The notes under the pieces: model-generated
Told to the model about the DNA's origin: nothing
Seen by the model: the letters and a program-made list of their open reading frames with translations, nothing else
Database searches by the model: none
Made by a program: the position numbers and the translations under genes
Assembly: GCA_963693365.1 (NCBI GenBank)
Contig: CAVNZM010000013.1
Span: 1,699,817 to 1,763,816, forward strand
Direction: 5' to 3'
DNA: 64,000 nucleotides
Origin: Amoebidium appalachense
Taxonomy: Eukaryota; Protista; Ichthyosporea
In this document: in pieces, positions 1 to 21,490 of the stretch
Layout: each line of letters starts with the position of its first letter
How positions within the stretch are numbered: position 1 is the first letter of the stretch

Positions 1-8311
<8,311 letters not shown>

Positions 8312-8971
8312 GGTTTGTGTCAGTCAAAGGCTGACTGGTTTGGCAAACTGTTATTGGAGCAACTCAAAAATATAGTTGCTTGTTATGGTAGGGAGACTAT
8401 ATGTATAATGTATAATGCTAATTCTGGGGGAGGGGGAGTGGGAGGGAAAACTGACAAGCGCTGATCGGCCGTGACAGGCCCACTGGAGCCGCTGTGCCGG
8501 GAAAGTTCAAAGCAGTGCGACAGGCGAGCCAATCGTGTGAAAGCATTGCATGGCCACTTACTACCAAATATAGAAAGATTACGTAGTTGCCACTTATGGT
8601 CCCGTGACTTTTCTTTAAAGAAGCAGCATACCAAACCCGGGCCTGTTTCAATTTTTGTTTTCTTTTTTTTTCCATCGGGGAATTCAGGGGCAACTTTTTT
8701 TTTGTACAAACTTTGAACGGCGGCCGCGGCCGGGACGGGATGTGACAGTATACGCAACTGCCAGAGTTCTGCGTTATTTTTCGTGGAAAAATTAACTGAA
8801 GCTTGTTAGATTCATGCTTTTGGACTAAACAGCTGCCGGGCAAACGAGTCTCGAGGGCAGATTTGGAAAACGAAGCCCAAATAAGTATGACGTTAATGAT
8901 TTGCCTTTCGCAGTAAGCGTTTGTGTATATGTAGTGAGCACCCACCACGGTTTTGCAAAGGAGGGTGGAAT
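8312..8971. promoter_or_regulatory. Probable bidirectional promoter between ECH (-) and F-box/LRR (+)
   Basis: About 660 bp of microsatellite-free sequence between divergent start codons; contains CCAAT (about 8529) and GC-rich motifs. Inferred from gene geometry. Confidence 0.45.
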
Positions 8972-9449
8972 ATGTCGAGGCAAGAAGAGCCAGGGCTGCC
9001 TGCCATACAGCCAGAGGATACGAGCAGGGGTGAGTTGCCCCTTTTGTCTCACTGCTGTTTCTCGTGCACAATTGTGCTGCAAGCCATGTAGGTTAGTGTT
9101 TAAAAATGGATTAAAAAATACCTGGTAGGTACCCGTTTGAAGGATTGCTCTTTCCTTCCCTCCTACTCCTCCCCCCCCTCCCCCCCACTCCCCCTCGCTC
9201 CCAATTCTTCTCTCCCTCCCTTCCTCCCTCCACCCCTCCCCCCGACTCACTCCCCCCCTCCCCCCCCCCCCCCCCCCCCTAAACTCGCTCCTTCACTCCC
9301 TCCCTCCCTCCCTCCCTCACTCTACCTGCCCCTCCCCTCCCTCCCTAAGCGATTCTTCTTTCACTTCCTCCCTCCCGTCCATATACCTCCCCTTGCTCTT
9401 CCCCTCCTGTATTCCTCCCTCTCTCCCCGTCTCCCTTTCCCCCTCCTCG

Positions 9450-9481
<32 letters not shown>

Positions 9482-12057
9482 CTCTCCCAACATCTCCCCC
9501 CTGCCCGCCCCCCCCCTCCCCCCCCCCCCCCCGCTCCCCCTTTCCCTCCCACTATACACTCTCCTTACCTCCCTTCCGACTTTTATCACCTGTTGTAAAA
9601 GTTTTACTGGCCCGTGTCATGTCATGTTCCTTTTTATTTCCCGCTACATTTAGGATTACTTGAATAGCCTTCGAACGATTTAAGTGAACTCAGTCACCAG
9701 CATAAGCCCCCCCACCCCCCCCCATTCCCTCCCACCCCCTTTATCCACCCACCCACCCACCCGATCTCTCACACAAGAAAGCACACCCCCATGCCCACCC
9801 CCATCCCCACACGCATGCAAGCGCTCACGCACACATACACACAAGCAGGCACACAAAAACACTGCACACACACACACACATGCACACACACACTCATTCA
9901 CTCACTCAGACTCACAAACAACTTGCACACACGCACACACACGCACGCAGGCAGAGGTATGCCGTGCATTCCCCCCTCCCCCCCCCCCCCCCCCCCCCAC
10001 CCACTCACCGGCACTCACATACTCACAACCTCCCCTCCCCGCAGGCTGCCCGCTCTCCATTCTACCCCCTGAGATTCTTGTACGCATTATACGTGCACTT
10101 CCCCACTCCGACCGTCTAACCGTCACCATCGTATGCAAACGCTTGGACCAACTCGCACGTACCCCCGAGGCCGGCCTCGTTTCATTTTCGTACACTCAAG
10201 ACCAAGTTGGCAAACACGAAGATTTTTTTGCCCTTTTGGGGTTTTTGCGTGGGTGGGGTCCCATCGTGGGCCGTGTGAAGTTAAATACGCAGGGATGGTG
10301 GAAAGGCGAACACCATGTGCAGCATATGTATTGGGCAAGCACCGTACAGATGCTGTGCTCGTTGCAGCGCCTTGTAGACATCACCTGGCAGAGTGACTAC
10401 AATCCGGAAAACGTGAGCGAAGAGGCGTTTTTTCTGGCGTTGTTGGAGGGTATGGGCTCGCGTCTCGAGAAGATTAAGTTGGTTGGCACAGAGAAAGAGT
10501 CTGGATGTTGTCGACAGTTTTTTTGTGCAGCAAGTATGGGAGAAATGCACGGTGCTTAAACACATCGTCACGGCACATGGCGACATCCCACCTACAGATG
10601 GTTGCAATCTGGGGCGTGTGACGGACGTAAAGTTGGAGATGTGCGTCTATGAGGAGGCGGGTGCCTTGAACCATTTGATGGAAACGGCACACGGGTTGGT
10701 TACTTTCGACTCTACTTGCAGGGAAGGCGTGGCTCCAATCACTTCTGTCCATGCGCTGAGTGCCAGCCTCGGGCGTAACCTGCGGGTGTTAAGTCTAGAT
10801 GGTCCAGGCATCACGTTCCATCTGTCGGGCATAGACAGCTGCTCGCACCTCGAGAAATTGACGTTGTTCGACTTTGACCGGATAAGCCTCCTACCCGCAC
10901 CGAAATTGCGCGATGTTGGCTTCTACGTAAAACGCGCAAACATTTCCAACCTGTCTGTGTGCACTGCACTGTGTGACCTAGAGGTTGGTGTTTCTGAGAA
11001 TCTGGACGTTCCGATCGTTAACTTTCAATGCACAACCCTAGAGTCTGTGAGTTTGGGTGGTAGGGCACAGAGTCTGGCACTAGACACATTTTCGGGTCTG
11101 GAACACAGTGCTCCATCTCTGGCACACCTGCAAATACTATCCGAGAATAGAGGTATAACTAGTTGGAGCCAATTTGGCGATGTTTTATCTCACCTTACTG
11201 CTCTCATAAGTTTGGACGTGTGTGGCGGTTTAGACACAGCCCCTTTAACGTAAATGTTACATCACACCCAAAACTAAGATCGATTAAAATGGGCGGAGTG
11301 TCCGGATTCCAATCGTTCGGGCCCTGCCTGGGGGAAAACACCTCTTTAATAGTTGCGAATGTAGTCGGATGCGATTTTTTAATCGACATTTCCGCGCTAT
11401 CTCTCTGCAGTAACTTACAGGATCTACGTCTCGATGAAACGCCCACCTTTAAAGATGTGTCTATCTTGGCCGGGCACCCCTCCCTTACAGCATTCACCAT
11501 CGAAAATAATCCCCAGATCGATCTTCTGCCGCTGGTTTCGTGCCCATACCTTGACTACGGTCAGGTGGGGTTGATAGGTGATGAAAATGTCCGCCTGCTT
11601 GTGGAACTGCTAAAAAAGGTATTTATCCTTCCCCCCTCCCCTCTCCCCTCCTTCCCCCACAATCCGCCGTCTCCCCTCCCACACACACATAGGTGCGCGC
11701 ATGCACACAACATGCACACATGCACGCGGGCGTGCACACACACTTTCAGCACACAAGCACACACACACACATACACACACACACTACTACCCGCCCTCCA
11801 ACACACCCAACCACACACAGACAGACAGACACACACACACACACACACACACACGCGCGCGCGTGCACACAACACATGCTTTAACATGCATTACAAGGGT
11901 GCACATGGTTAGTATCAAACTGAGGCACTCAGAAATGTGTGCAGGGGAAAGGGGATGGATTTTTAGGGAGGGAGAGACAAGCGGGCTGTGGGGCGGGGGG
12001 GGGGGGTGGGGAGGGGGGGGGGGGGGGGGGAGAATGAGGGAATGAGATAGGGCGTGT

Positions 12058-12123
<66 letters not shown>

Positions 12124-12135
12124 CGCGCCCACGCG

Positions 12136-12176
<41 letters not shown>

Positions 12177-12337
12177 TTCACTTGGGTGGGTTCCCCTCTC
12201 TCCTACTCTCCCTCCCTACCTCCCTCTCTCCCTCCTCACTCTCCCCCCCCCCCCCCCCCCCCTCTCTCACTTTCAGATTCTCTCTCTGGCTCCCCACCTC
12301 CCCACTCTCTCGCACTCTCTCTCCCTCTCTTCCCCCC

Positions 12338-12368
<31 letters not shown>

Positions 12369-13012
12369 ACACACACACATTCCTGTTTTCTCGGCCCCGC
12401 CACATTTATTACTACTGGATTAGGGTTTCCCTGTTTCACCTTCCATACATTTTTTCACAGTTTCTTCTAATGTCCTTTGCAACCTGGTCCCAATTTTTGT
12501 CCCCCCCCCCCCCCCCCTCCCCCCCCCCCCCCCCCCCCCACCAACACCACCAACACCGCCACAATCCGCACACCCATTTCCCCTACCCGCAACCGCAGCA
12601 CTAACCCCCAACCCGACATGTTTTACACACATTCGCTTTTTGACGCATGGAATCATAGACAAGGGCAGAAAAAAAAAAGATAAATACATCACCCCTTCTC
12701 CCTCCCCCCCCCCCCCCCCTCCATGTTCTTCCCGAAGCCGCAAACATTCGTCCCGTGGCCACGTGTTTGTTCTTTTTCTCCTAAAGCCCTCCCCCCCCCC
12801 CCCCCCCCTCCCACCTGTCCCCCTCCTCCCCTTTCCTCACCCTCCCGTTCCGTCTGTGCAAGTTGTTTGTTTGGAAAAAAATGTGTAGTCCATGTCTGTC
12901 TGTTACTATTGTTTCGATCATCAATTATCTACGGGTTTCTTACGTAATTTTTTGGTGTGTGCAGAGGGACAAGCAAACACCACGACCACAGCGGGAAAAT
13001 ATCTTGGAGTGA
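8972..13012 (+). CDS. F-box/leucine-rich-repeat protein (two single-base frameshifts in this assembly)
   Basis: Exon 1 is 8972-9029 ([20 protein letters not shown]|gtgagt). The large exon 10045-11618 starts with the F-box [31 protein letters not shown], followed by LxxLxL repeats ([24 protein letters not shown]). The terminal exon is 12965-13012 ([15 protein letters not shown]). The frame changes at about 10495 and about 11240; comparison with the paralog at 19179 shows a missing C at the second site. Confidence 0.82.
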
Positions 13013-13951
13013 AAGAGGAGGCACAGCTACGGTGGACGGGGGGAGCTTGGCTATGGATGGTGTACGGTACGTATACGGCCAGATGGGGGGGGGGGGGGGG
13101 GGGGGGGGAGTCTGCAATACTATCTGGTGCATTAAATGTAGCTGGAAAAGAAAGCTGGGCGGGTTGTTAATAATAGCCCGTGGTTGGTTGGGATATGATG
13201 GCGAGGCCCATTTTTTATTTGTTATTTTCCCCTTATTTAAACACGGGAAGGCTAAATGTAAAAGGGAGATATTTCGAATTGAAGTCTGTATCGCTAGAGA
13301 CTTAAAAAAAAATGTGAAGATCTAGCTGGTCAGCCCCCACTGCATATACGGAGATTATGATTATTTCTCTTTGCCCTTGGGGGCTTGAGGGGTTCTGGAA
13401 TTAGATTCTCGCTGGCTAGAGCATAAAGTCCGCGTTATGTATAATTTGGCCTACCTTTGTATGATGCTGAAATTTATCGCAGGGGACTCATGCTCATATT
13501 TTAACTTCTTTTTAAAATGTAAATTGGTAAATGAGTCGGTGATAGTTTTTGGCTAGGTGAAAAGTCAAAATCCCGGCGTGTACCGGATGGGATTCAAATA
13601 AAACTAAGTATCATATTGCCATTCATATCAAAGAGTTATGAAACATGGCTCATAGGTGAAAATGGTTACAGTGTTTCCAAATGCAATGTGTATGAAATAT
13701 GTGCGCGGGGTGGAAGAGAGAGAGAGACGCACGTAGATACCCTTGCATATACACGCCAACAGGATCTTGCGTACACACATACATGCAACGCACACACACA
13801 CACATGTACAGTGAAACACACACACACACACAAACACACACACCAACGCATGGGCGCACGCACATACACACATACACACGTGCGTGCACATGCGCACACA
13901 CATGCACACTAACACACAAGCGCGCGCGCTCAGTGTACACGTGCGCACTGG

Positions 13952-13992
<41 letters not shown>

Positions 13993-14028
13993 GCACAAAT
14001 ATGCAAACACACACACGCAAACAAGCAT

Positions 14029-14072
<44 letters not shown>

Positions 14073-14364
14073 ACCCCAACCCTCCCCCTTCCCCCGCTCC
14101 GCCCCCACCCCACCCCGCTCCGCCCCTTTGGCCGTCACGGTGCCACGGTGCACAATGTTGAACAGGCTGTCAGTGACCTAACCAGGAAAGTAGGTGGGGA
14201 TGAGGGCGGAGGGGGGTGTGGGGGGGAGGGGGGGGTTGAGAGTGGTGGGGGGAAGGGGAAAGCGGCGGGGGAGGGGGAGAAGTTGGGGGGGGGGGGGGGG
14301 GGGGGGGACGAAGTCGGAAGGCCAATGGTCAATTCGAAGATGGAGGAAAGGGGAGTACTAGTGT

Positions 14365-14399
<35 letters not shown>

Positions 14400-15307
14400 T
14401 TAGGGGGGGGGGGGGGGGGCACCGGTAGGGTATCAGCGGTAACCGTTATATCTTCCTAGAGAAAAGAGCTGCAAATTATCATTTTAGCAGGCCCCCCCGC
14501 ATCCTCAAACAAAAATCTTCAAGCCCTTAAAATTTGGGTGGGTGGGTGGGTGCCGGGGGGGGGGGGGGATTACAGTAAGAGACTCTAGGGTCACCAAAGG
14601 GCCGGGGTCTAAAGAAACCCTCCTCCCCCTCCCCCCCCCCCCCCCCCCTCTCACACACACACATACACACCACCCCCCCCCCCCCCCCCTTCTCCCCCCC
14701 TTTCTCCCACCCCGCCCCCCAAGCCCCCATCTCCCCCCATTTCAAGTATGTAGCTAGCAAAACCTATTTTCACATTCCGCCGTACTTGCAGGCCGCGCCC
14801 TCAAACATGCACGCATCCAATCAGAGAAGGCGCCCATTAATTTCTTGAACATATGCGCCAGCCACATGCACATGCACTTTCCTGCCGCCTTTTAACCCAC
14901 GTGATTCATCAGTTCAAGTAGAAATTTAAGGGTGGCAGACTAACTACAGCGCTATGATCAGTTTCTATGGCCAGCTAACTTCTAGTGGTAAAAAGCATGT
15001 TAGAAGAGCTTAAGTTTCATTCTCGTGTGCAGAAGCGAATTATTTTCAGGCGCCCATTCTGCCTCTGAAAATAGTCAGGGTCGATATTATCGTACGGCGG
15101 TTGATCTTGAGGGCATGCCATTGTGGTACATGTAGGAAAGGGAATCAGAACGTGCTTGTGCGTGTGGACATATACCTGGCTAGGGCCTACGTATACGTCA
15201 CCGCCAACTTCTGCTACAATATTAATACCCCTCTAGGCAGCTATTATTTATTGAGGATACAGTAAACGATGCGCAGTAAGCGTCGACTTGACTCTACGTA
15301 CATCAGA

Positions 15308-15625
15308 GCTACATACATGTGCACATGCAACCACATACATACATGTGCACATGCAACCACATACATACATGGTGCACATGCAACCACATACATACAAGTG
15401 CACATGCAACCACATACATACATGTGCACATGCAACCACATACATACATGTGCACATGCAACCACATACATACATGTGCACATGCAACCACATACATACA
15501 TGGTGCACATGCAACCACATACATACATGTGCACATGCAACCACATACATACATGTGCACATGCAACACATACATACATGTGCACATGCAACCACATATA
15601 TACATGTGCACATGCAACCACATAT
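15308..15625. repeat. Minisatellite of about 26-bp units (acatacatacatgtgcacatgcaacc), about 12 copies
   Basis: Head-to-tail units with small indels and no unique spacers. Confidence 0.92.
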
Positions 15626-15748
15626 ACACACAGAAAGACCAGAGGACCTCACACTAGCATAGTTCAATCCCTCCCCCCCCCCCCCCCTCTTCTCCCCCTC
15701 CCCCTCCCCCCCCCCCAAATGCTTTTGTGGAGGCATAGGAACCCCCCA

Positions 15749-15872
15749 GATGATGGGCTCTGTTCAAGTGCCCTCTGCCTGCACGCTGAGATTGTTTGAT
15801 TTTGGGTTTCCCACTTTTGTGACGCTTTGTTGTTGCTCTTTGTTGTCTCCTCCATATTCCAAACCCTCTAAC
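15749..15872 (+). repeat. Short interspersed repeat family B, copy 1
   Basis: gatgatgggctctgttcaagtg...cctgcacgct...gtttgattttgg...ctttgttgtctcctccatattccaaaccctctaa; closely matches 55970-56087. Confidence 0.85.
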
Positions 15873-16209
15873 GCATACATACTCCCCCCCCTCCCCCCCC
15901 CCCCCCCCCCCCCCCCCCGGGAGCCCGTCCTTTCTTCTTCTTCGATGCGTAGGGTTCGTGTGGTCACGTGCCCGTCTATTGTGAAATATGTGTTGTGTTT
16001 TATGTTGTGGATTTTGCACTCTGTATCCCCCCCCCCCCCCCCCCCCCCCCCCCTTTCCCTAGCTTCCTGCCTCACCTTCCCAAGCCCTCATACGTTTTAT
16101 CTTACTCGGTTAGTAACAATGTTTTTGATTTCTCGCTTATATATCCCCCTCCACACCCCCCCACCCACCCACCCACCCACTCGCCCCTGCCCCCCCCCCT
16201 CCCCGTTCT

Positions 16210-16253
<44 letters not shown>

Positions 16254-16395
16254 CCCCCCCCCCCCCCTCCCCCTCCCTCCCTCCCTCCCTCGCCCCTCTC
16301 CCCCCTGCCTCCCTCCCTCCCTCCCTCCCTTCCTCCCTCCCTCCCTCTCCTTCCCTCGCTCCCTCCCCCCCCCCCCCCCCCCCCCCCCTCTCTCT

Positions 16396-16435
<40 letters not shown>

Positions 16436-16631
16436 CCTCCCTCCCTCTCTCCCTCTCTCTCCCTCTCTCACCCCCCCCTCCCCTCTCCCCCCCCCTCCCT
16501 CCGCCCTCCTGTCTCTTTCTCTCTCTTTCTCTCTCCCTCGCTCCCTCCCTCCCGCGCCCCGCTCTCTTCATCCCTCCCTCCTGCCCTCCCCTCCCCTTCT
16601 CCCCCCCCCCCCCCCCCCCCCCTCCGCCCCC

Positions 16632-16769
16632 CTGGGGATGGGCTCTGCTTATGACGCATACCGTGCGCATGGCTGATGTTGCATACTTGAATGTTTGCCT
16701 TTGCATGTGTCCTGCACCATGCTTCTCATCGTGTATGCGTACTTCGTACTGTGTTCCGCATTCAAACCC
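16632..16769 (+). repeat. Family A short interspersed repeat (most complete core)
   Basis: gatgggctctgcttatgacgcatac...ttcgtactgtgttccgcattcaaaccc, the reverse complement of the ECH-intron copies; flanked by poly-C. Confidence 0.88.
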
Positions 16770-16913
16770 TCCCCCCCCCCCCCCCCCCCCCCCCCCCCTT
16801 CTCCCTTCTCCTTCATTTTTCTTGGCCTGTTCGGAAGTGGCCTCGACTTGTTAAATCTTGTGGAAATAGTCACTCTCATTTTGAAGGTTTCTAACGATTT
16901 CCTGTTTGTGCAG

Positions 16914-16955
16914 AGGAACAGACATAGGCCCCGGCGAGACTCCGATGAAGAATAA
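16914..16955 (+). other. Candidate alternative or relic terminal exon T2 of the F-box/LRR family
   Basis: Acceptor gtttctaacgatttcctgtttgtgcag resembles those at 12964 and 18789; phase 0; RNRHRPRRDSDEE* resembles [15 protein letters not shown]. Confidence 0.45.
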
Positions 16956-18106
16956 CTTGGTTGGTAGACGAGAAGATACCATATATGAACCGGGCAGGGA
17001 GACTGTACTTAGGATGGCAAATCTGCGGAAATTGTATTTGCGGCTGTAATTTGGTGAGAGTCTTGGTGGATGGGGAGTAAGCAAAAAAAGTATAGGAGTA
17101 CAAGGAGGGGAAATGATACATTCATGTGTACTTTGGCCCTTTAGGTTTTTGGAAGTTGATTTCATTTTGTGCCCCCATTAGTCTAGGGAGTCTCGCTCAT
17201 GAGTGACTCGCATAGCATGTTGAATCTAGGGTCTTTATAATAATAGTGAGTTGGTCCCGGTCTTCTCCATGTCCGGACTGGCTGACAATAGAGCTGCATG
17301 TTTGTTGTTGGGTATGTATGCATGTATACCTGTATAATGTATGTATATGTAGTTGCACAATGTGATGTATTCATGTATGTATGTATGTATGTTACGATGT
17401 GCATTTTTGGATGTATGTATGTATGAGGTCGCGGTATCGTTATGCATGTATTTATGCCTACATAAGTATGAATCCCTGGTGATATGTGTTTGGAACTTCA
17501 ATCAGCCCGAATCACCCAGGCGCGGCTTGGCTAGCGATAATTATAATAATCACTGCGGTGTTTTATTGTCACGTACAATGCACCTGTGAAGTGGGCTGGG
17601 AGAACTTCAGAAAAAAGTAGGAATAAAAAAAAAAGGGGTTTTGTAAAATAAATAAACTCTAAGTTTTATAGAGTAGATATATGTATGAGTACACATACAC
17701 AGACCACCCATGGCAAGCTGGTCTGTGATGCTTACCTGGCAGGGAAGCTTGGAGATCTATGTGCACATGTGTGTGTGTGGGTGTGGGTGGGTGGGTGGGT
17801 GGGTGTGGGGAGGGGGGAGGGGGGAGGGGGGAGGAGGAAACAGCAAGCTTCTAGTGTATTGTTTTGGATCGACACATTTCAGAGTCTACTACTAAATCGA
17901 TATCCCGTCCCCCTCCCCCCGCCCCCCCTCCCCCTCCCCCCCCCTCTCCCTCCCCCCCCCCCCCCCCCCCCCCGGCCCCCTGTCCAACACACGTGTACAT
18001 CCACGCACGTACACACACCACATCACGTGCGCACTGGCATGACGTACACGCTCCCACTCGCCCACCTGCCCACTTATGTGCACCCTCGTACCGTGTTCCG
18101 CATTCA

Positions 18107-18166
<60 letters not shown>

Positions 18167-18209
18167 AAAAAACACACACACGTCCCCCCCTTTTTCGGTT
18201 CCGCCGCTT

Positions 18210-19140
18210 TTAATGCCACTAGATTACGGTCTCCCTGTTTCACCTTCCACACATTTTTTCTGCCTTATTCTTATGACCTTGCACCCCCCTTTCTGTCCCC
18301 CCCCTCCCCCCCCCCCCCCCCCCCCCTAGAGAGACACACACACACACACACCACCACCACCATCTGCGCACCCCACTCCCCACACCCACAACTGCAACAC
18401 CCACCCTCAACCCGACATGTTCTACGCACATGCGCTTCTTAACACATAAAAATACAGGCAAGCACAGAAGAAAACACATCAGCCCTTCCCCTCCCCTCTC
18501 CTCCCCTTCCCCCCCCCCCCCCCCCCCCCCTCCCCCCTCTTTTTTATTATTCCGTCCTAAATCCGCAAGCCTTCTTTCATGGCCATATTTTGTTTCTCTT
18601 TCTGCATGCCCTCCTTCTCCCCCCCCCCCTCCCCTCCCACCCTATCGCCCCTTTTCTCCGCCTCCACCTTTGCAATCTTTCCTTTCGTGCACGTATTTGT
18701 CCTGGAATAAAATGCTCAGAGTACGTCTTGGCACTTTTGGTTCAATGATAATCATCTACAGGTTTCTTGCGTTTCCTTGGTGTTTGCAGAAGGACAAAAA
18801 CAGGCCACGACCGCAGCGGAAGGATGTCATGGAGTGAAAAAGAAGGCCAATCGACGGTGGTTGGGGGGAACTTTGCTATTTGTGGGGCATAGTGTGTGTA
18901 TACGGCAAAGGGGGGCACGGGAGTGGGGGGAGAGGGGGTGGGGGGGGGTCTTTGCAATTTTGGTTGGTGCATCACATGTATCTGGATAAGCCCGGGTGGT
19001 TTAATATTAATAACGAGAGATGAGTGGGGATATGATGCCGAGATTCAGAATTAAAGGGGGAAGGGGGGGGGGGGGGGGGGGGGGGAGGGGGAGGGGGGGG
19101 AGGGGGGGGGGGGGGGCATTATACAGGGGTAGGCTAAATG
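18210..19140 (+). repeat. Diverged duplicate of about 12390-13260, including terminal exon T3 (18790-18837, KDKNRPRPQRKDVME*)
   Basis: Shared colinear blocks ccctgtttcaccttcca, acccgacatgtt, ccacgacc.cagcgga, ggatatgatg, ggctaaatg. Confidence 0.8.
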
Positions 19141-19178
19141 CTACACCCCAAATCAATCGTAGCGCAAGAAATTCTTAA

Positions 19179-19877
19179 TCTCTTACCGTTAGTGCGGACA
19201 GTGCAAACATTTCCAATCTGTCCGTGTGCACCGCACTGTGTGAACTACACGTTAGTGTTGATGAGAATTTGGATATTCCAATCGTTGATTTTCAATGCAC
19301 AACACTAAAACAGGTACAGTTTGATATCGATGCACAAAGTTTGGATACAATTTTGGGCCTGGAAAGAAGTGCGGCAGCACTTGAATCTCTGTACGTGTCA
19401 TCTGTTGGCCAAGATTGTAGTTGGACGCAAATTGGTGATGTTTTGGCACACCTCACAGCACTAAGAAAGCTAACAGCATACCTCATTCGAGACGTGGCTC
19501 CCTTTAGTCTGCATGTTACAGCACATCCACAACTCAGATCGGTTAGACTTGTGCATCTAGTGCAGCACCAATCGTTTGGGCCCTGTTTGGGTGCAAACGC
19601 ATCATTGACAAGTGTGAACGTGTCCGACTGCCCGTCTCTGGGCGACATTTCTGCTCTCTCCATGTGCACCAATCTGACTCGGTTGGAACTGAACAATACA
19701 CCAAGTGTCAACAGCGTACACTGCCTGGCCGGGCACCCCTCGCTCACAGCAATCTACATCGATCACCCCACGATCGACCTTTTGCCGCTAGTGTCGTGCC
19801 CTCGCCTTGATCCCGATCAGGTGGGAGAGTATGGAGTCAACGAAACCGAAGAGCTTCTCACCGCCATGCTCAAAATG
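19179..19877 (+). pseudogene. 5'-truncated paralog of the LRR exon (no F-box); reading frame open
   Basis: [15 protein letters not shown]...IPIVDFQCTTL...QSFGPCLG...LAGHPSLTA...[10 protein letters not shown] aligns with 10935-11618. It ends at the homologous donor (aaaatg|gtatcc). An upstream in-frame TAA lies at 19176. Confidence 0.75.
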
Positions 19878-19973
19878 GTATCCCCCCCCCCCCCCCCCCC
19901 CCTCTACACCCCCCCCCCCCCCCCCCTCGGGGGGTCATTCCCGCCCTCCCCCTCTCCATCTTTCCTTTCCCTC

Positions 19974-20004
<31 letters not shown>

Positions 20005-20613
20005 CCCCCCACACACACCCCCACCCTCTCCCGTGCTTTCTGGCTCTCTCGCACTCTCTCTCCCTCCCTCCCTCCCTCCCTTCCTCCCTTCCCCGCTCCC
20101 TCCCTCCCTCCCTCCCTTTTTCTGTCCCTATCTCTCCCTCCCTCCCTCCCTCCCTCGCTCCCTCCCTCCCTCCCTCCCCCCTTTTCTCTCGATCTCTCTC
20201 GATCTCTCCCTCTCTTTTTCTCTCTTCCCCCCCCCCCCCCCTCCCTCCCTCCGTTCCCTCCCTCCCTCCCTCCCTCCCCCCTCCCCCCTGTACCCCCCCC
20301 CCCCCCCCCCTCCCCCCATTCTCTCGCTGTCGATGTCGATGTCTTGATCCCTCTACCTCTTCCTCTCTCCATCTCTGTCTCTCCCTCTCCTCCCCTCCTC
20401 CCCTCCCACCCACCCTCCCCCCCCCTTCGCTCCCTTTCTTCTCTCTCTCTCTTTCTCTCCCTCTCTCTTTCTTCTCCCCCCCCCTCCCCCCCCCCCCCCC
20501 CCCCCCCCCCCCCCGTCAAGATTCCAGCCACGCCCCACACCCACACCCACACCCACACCCACGCAGATGTGTGCAATGCAACCAGTGATAAAAGACAAAC
20601 CCCCCCCCCCCCC

Positions 20614-20644
<31 letters not shown>

Positions 20645-21490
20645 CTTCTCCCCCCCCCCCCCCCCCCCCCCTATTGGTTCCATGTTCCCTCCGAACCTGA
20701 CAATACCCACCCCCCCCCCCCCCCCTCCCCCAAAAACGACCACCACCACCACCAACCCCCACGCCCACCCACCGCCCACGGCCACCACGGAAACACTTTC
20801 ACGTACGCCCGCACACACATGCATGCACACACACACACACACCGGCACGTGCACACGCATGCGCACACGTGCAAGCACACACACGCATGCACACATGCGC
20901 CCGCATACACACACGAGCACACGCACACCCAAATGAACACAAACTAATATTAGCAGTGTGTGAGATTGAAAGCATAAAACATTGTGATGTGCTAACAAGA
21001 GACCGAAATCTCTTGCCTCTATGAATATCGCCGCTATGAGATTTCTCTGCTATGACTTTATGGAATTGCTCGCGGATATGAAGGAATGAGATACTCAGAT
21101 ACATTTTTTTTCTTCTCTCCCCTTTAAATCCGAAAAGTCAGTTTGCCCACACGATCCGAGATCGATCCAGCGATCCCCTCAGCGGGTGCCCGATCACTGA
21201 AATCAAACTTGACGAGATTTCGCCATCCAACATCTCCCACCTTATTGTATAAAGAAATTTCAATTCAAACCACACTGATTCAAATAGCAAAGCCCACCCA
21301 AACATTCATGTTGCAGACACACCAAGGACTCAGATCAAACACAAGATCAAGTAACCAAGTGGGTCCGAAATACCCCACAGCTGTCTACTAGTAAAACAAA
21401 CCCCACGGCTCTGTATATCACCACTCCGAAATTTTTAATCACACCCACAAATCAAAATTTAGATCGCACACCCAATCGCGATCAAAAGAT

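Noticed and set aside
15308-15625. CRISPR-like array or Cys/His-rich repeat protein
   Set aside because: The units are contiguous with no unique spacers, there are no cas genes, the context is eukaryotic, and frames are open on both strands as expected for a minisatellite.
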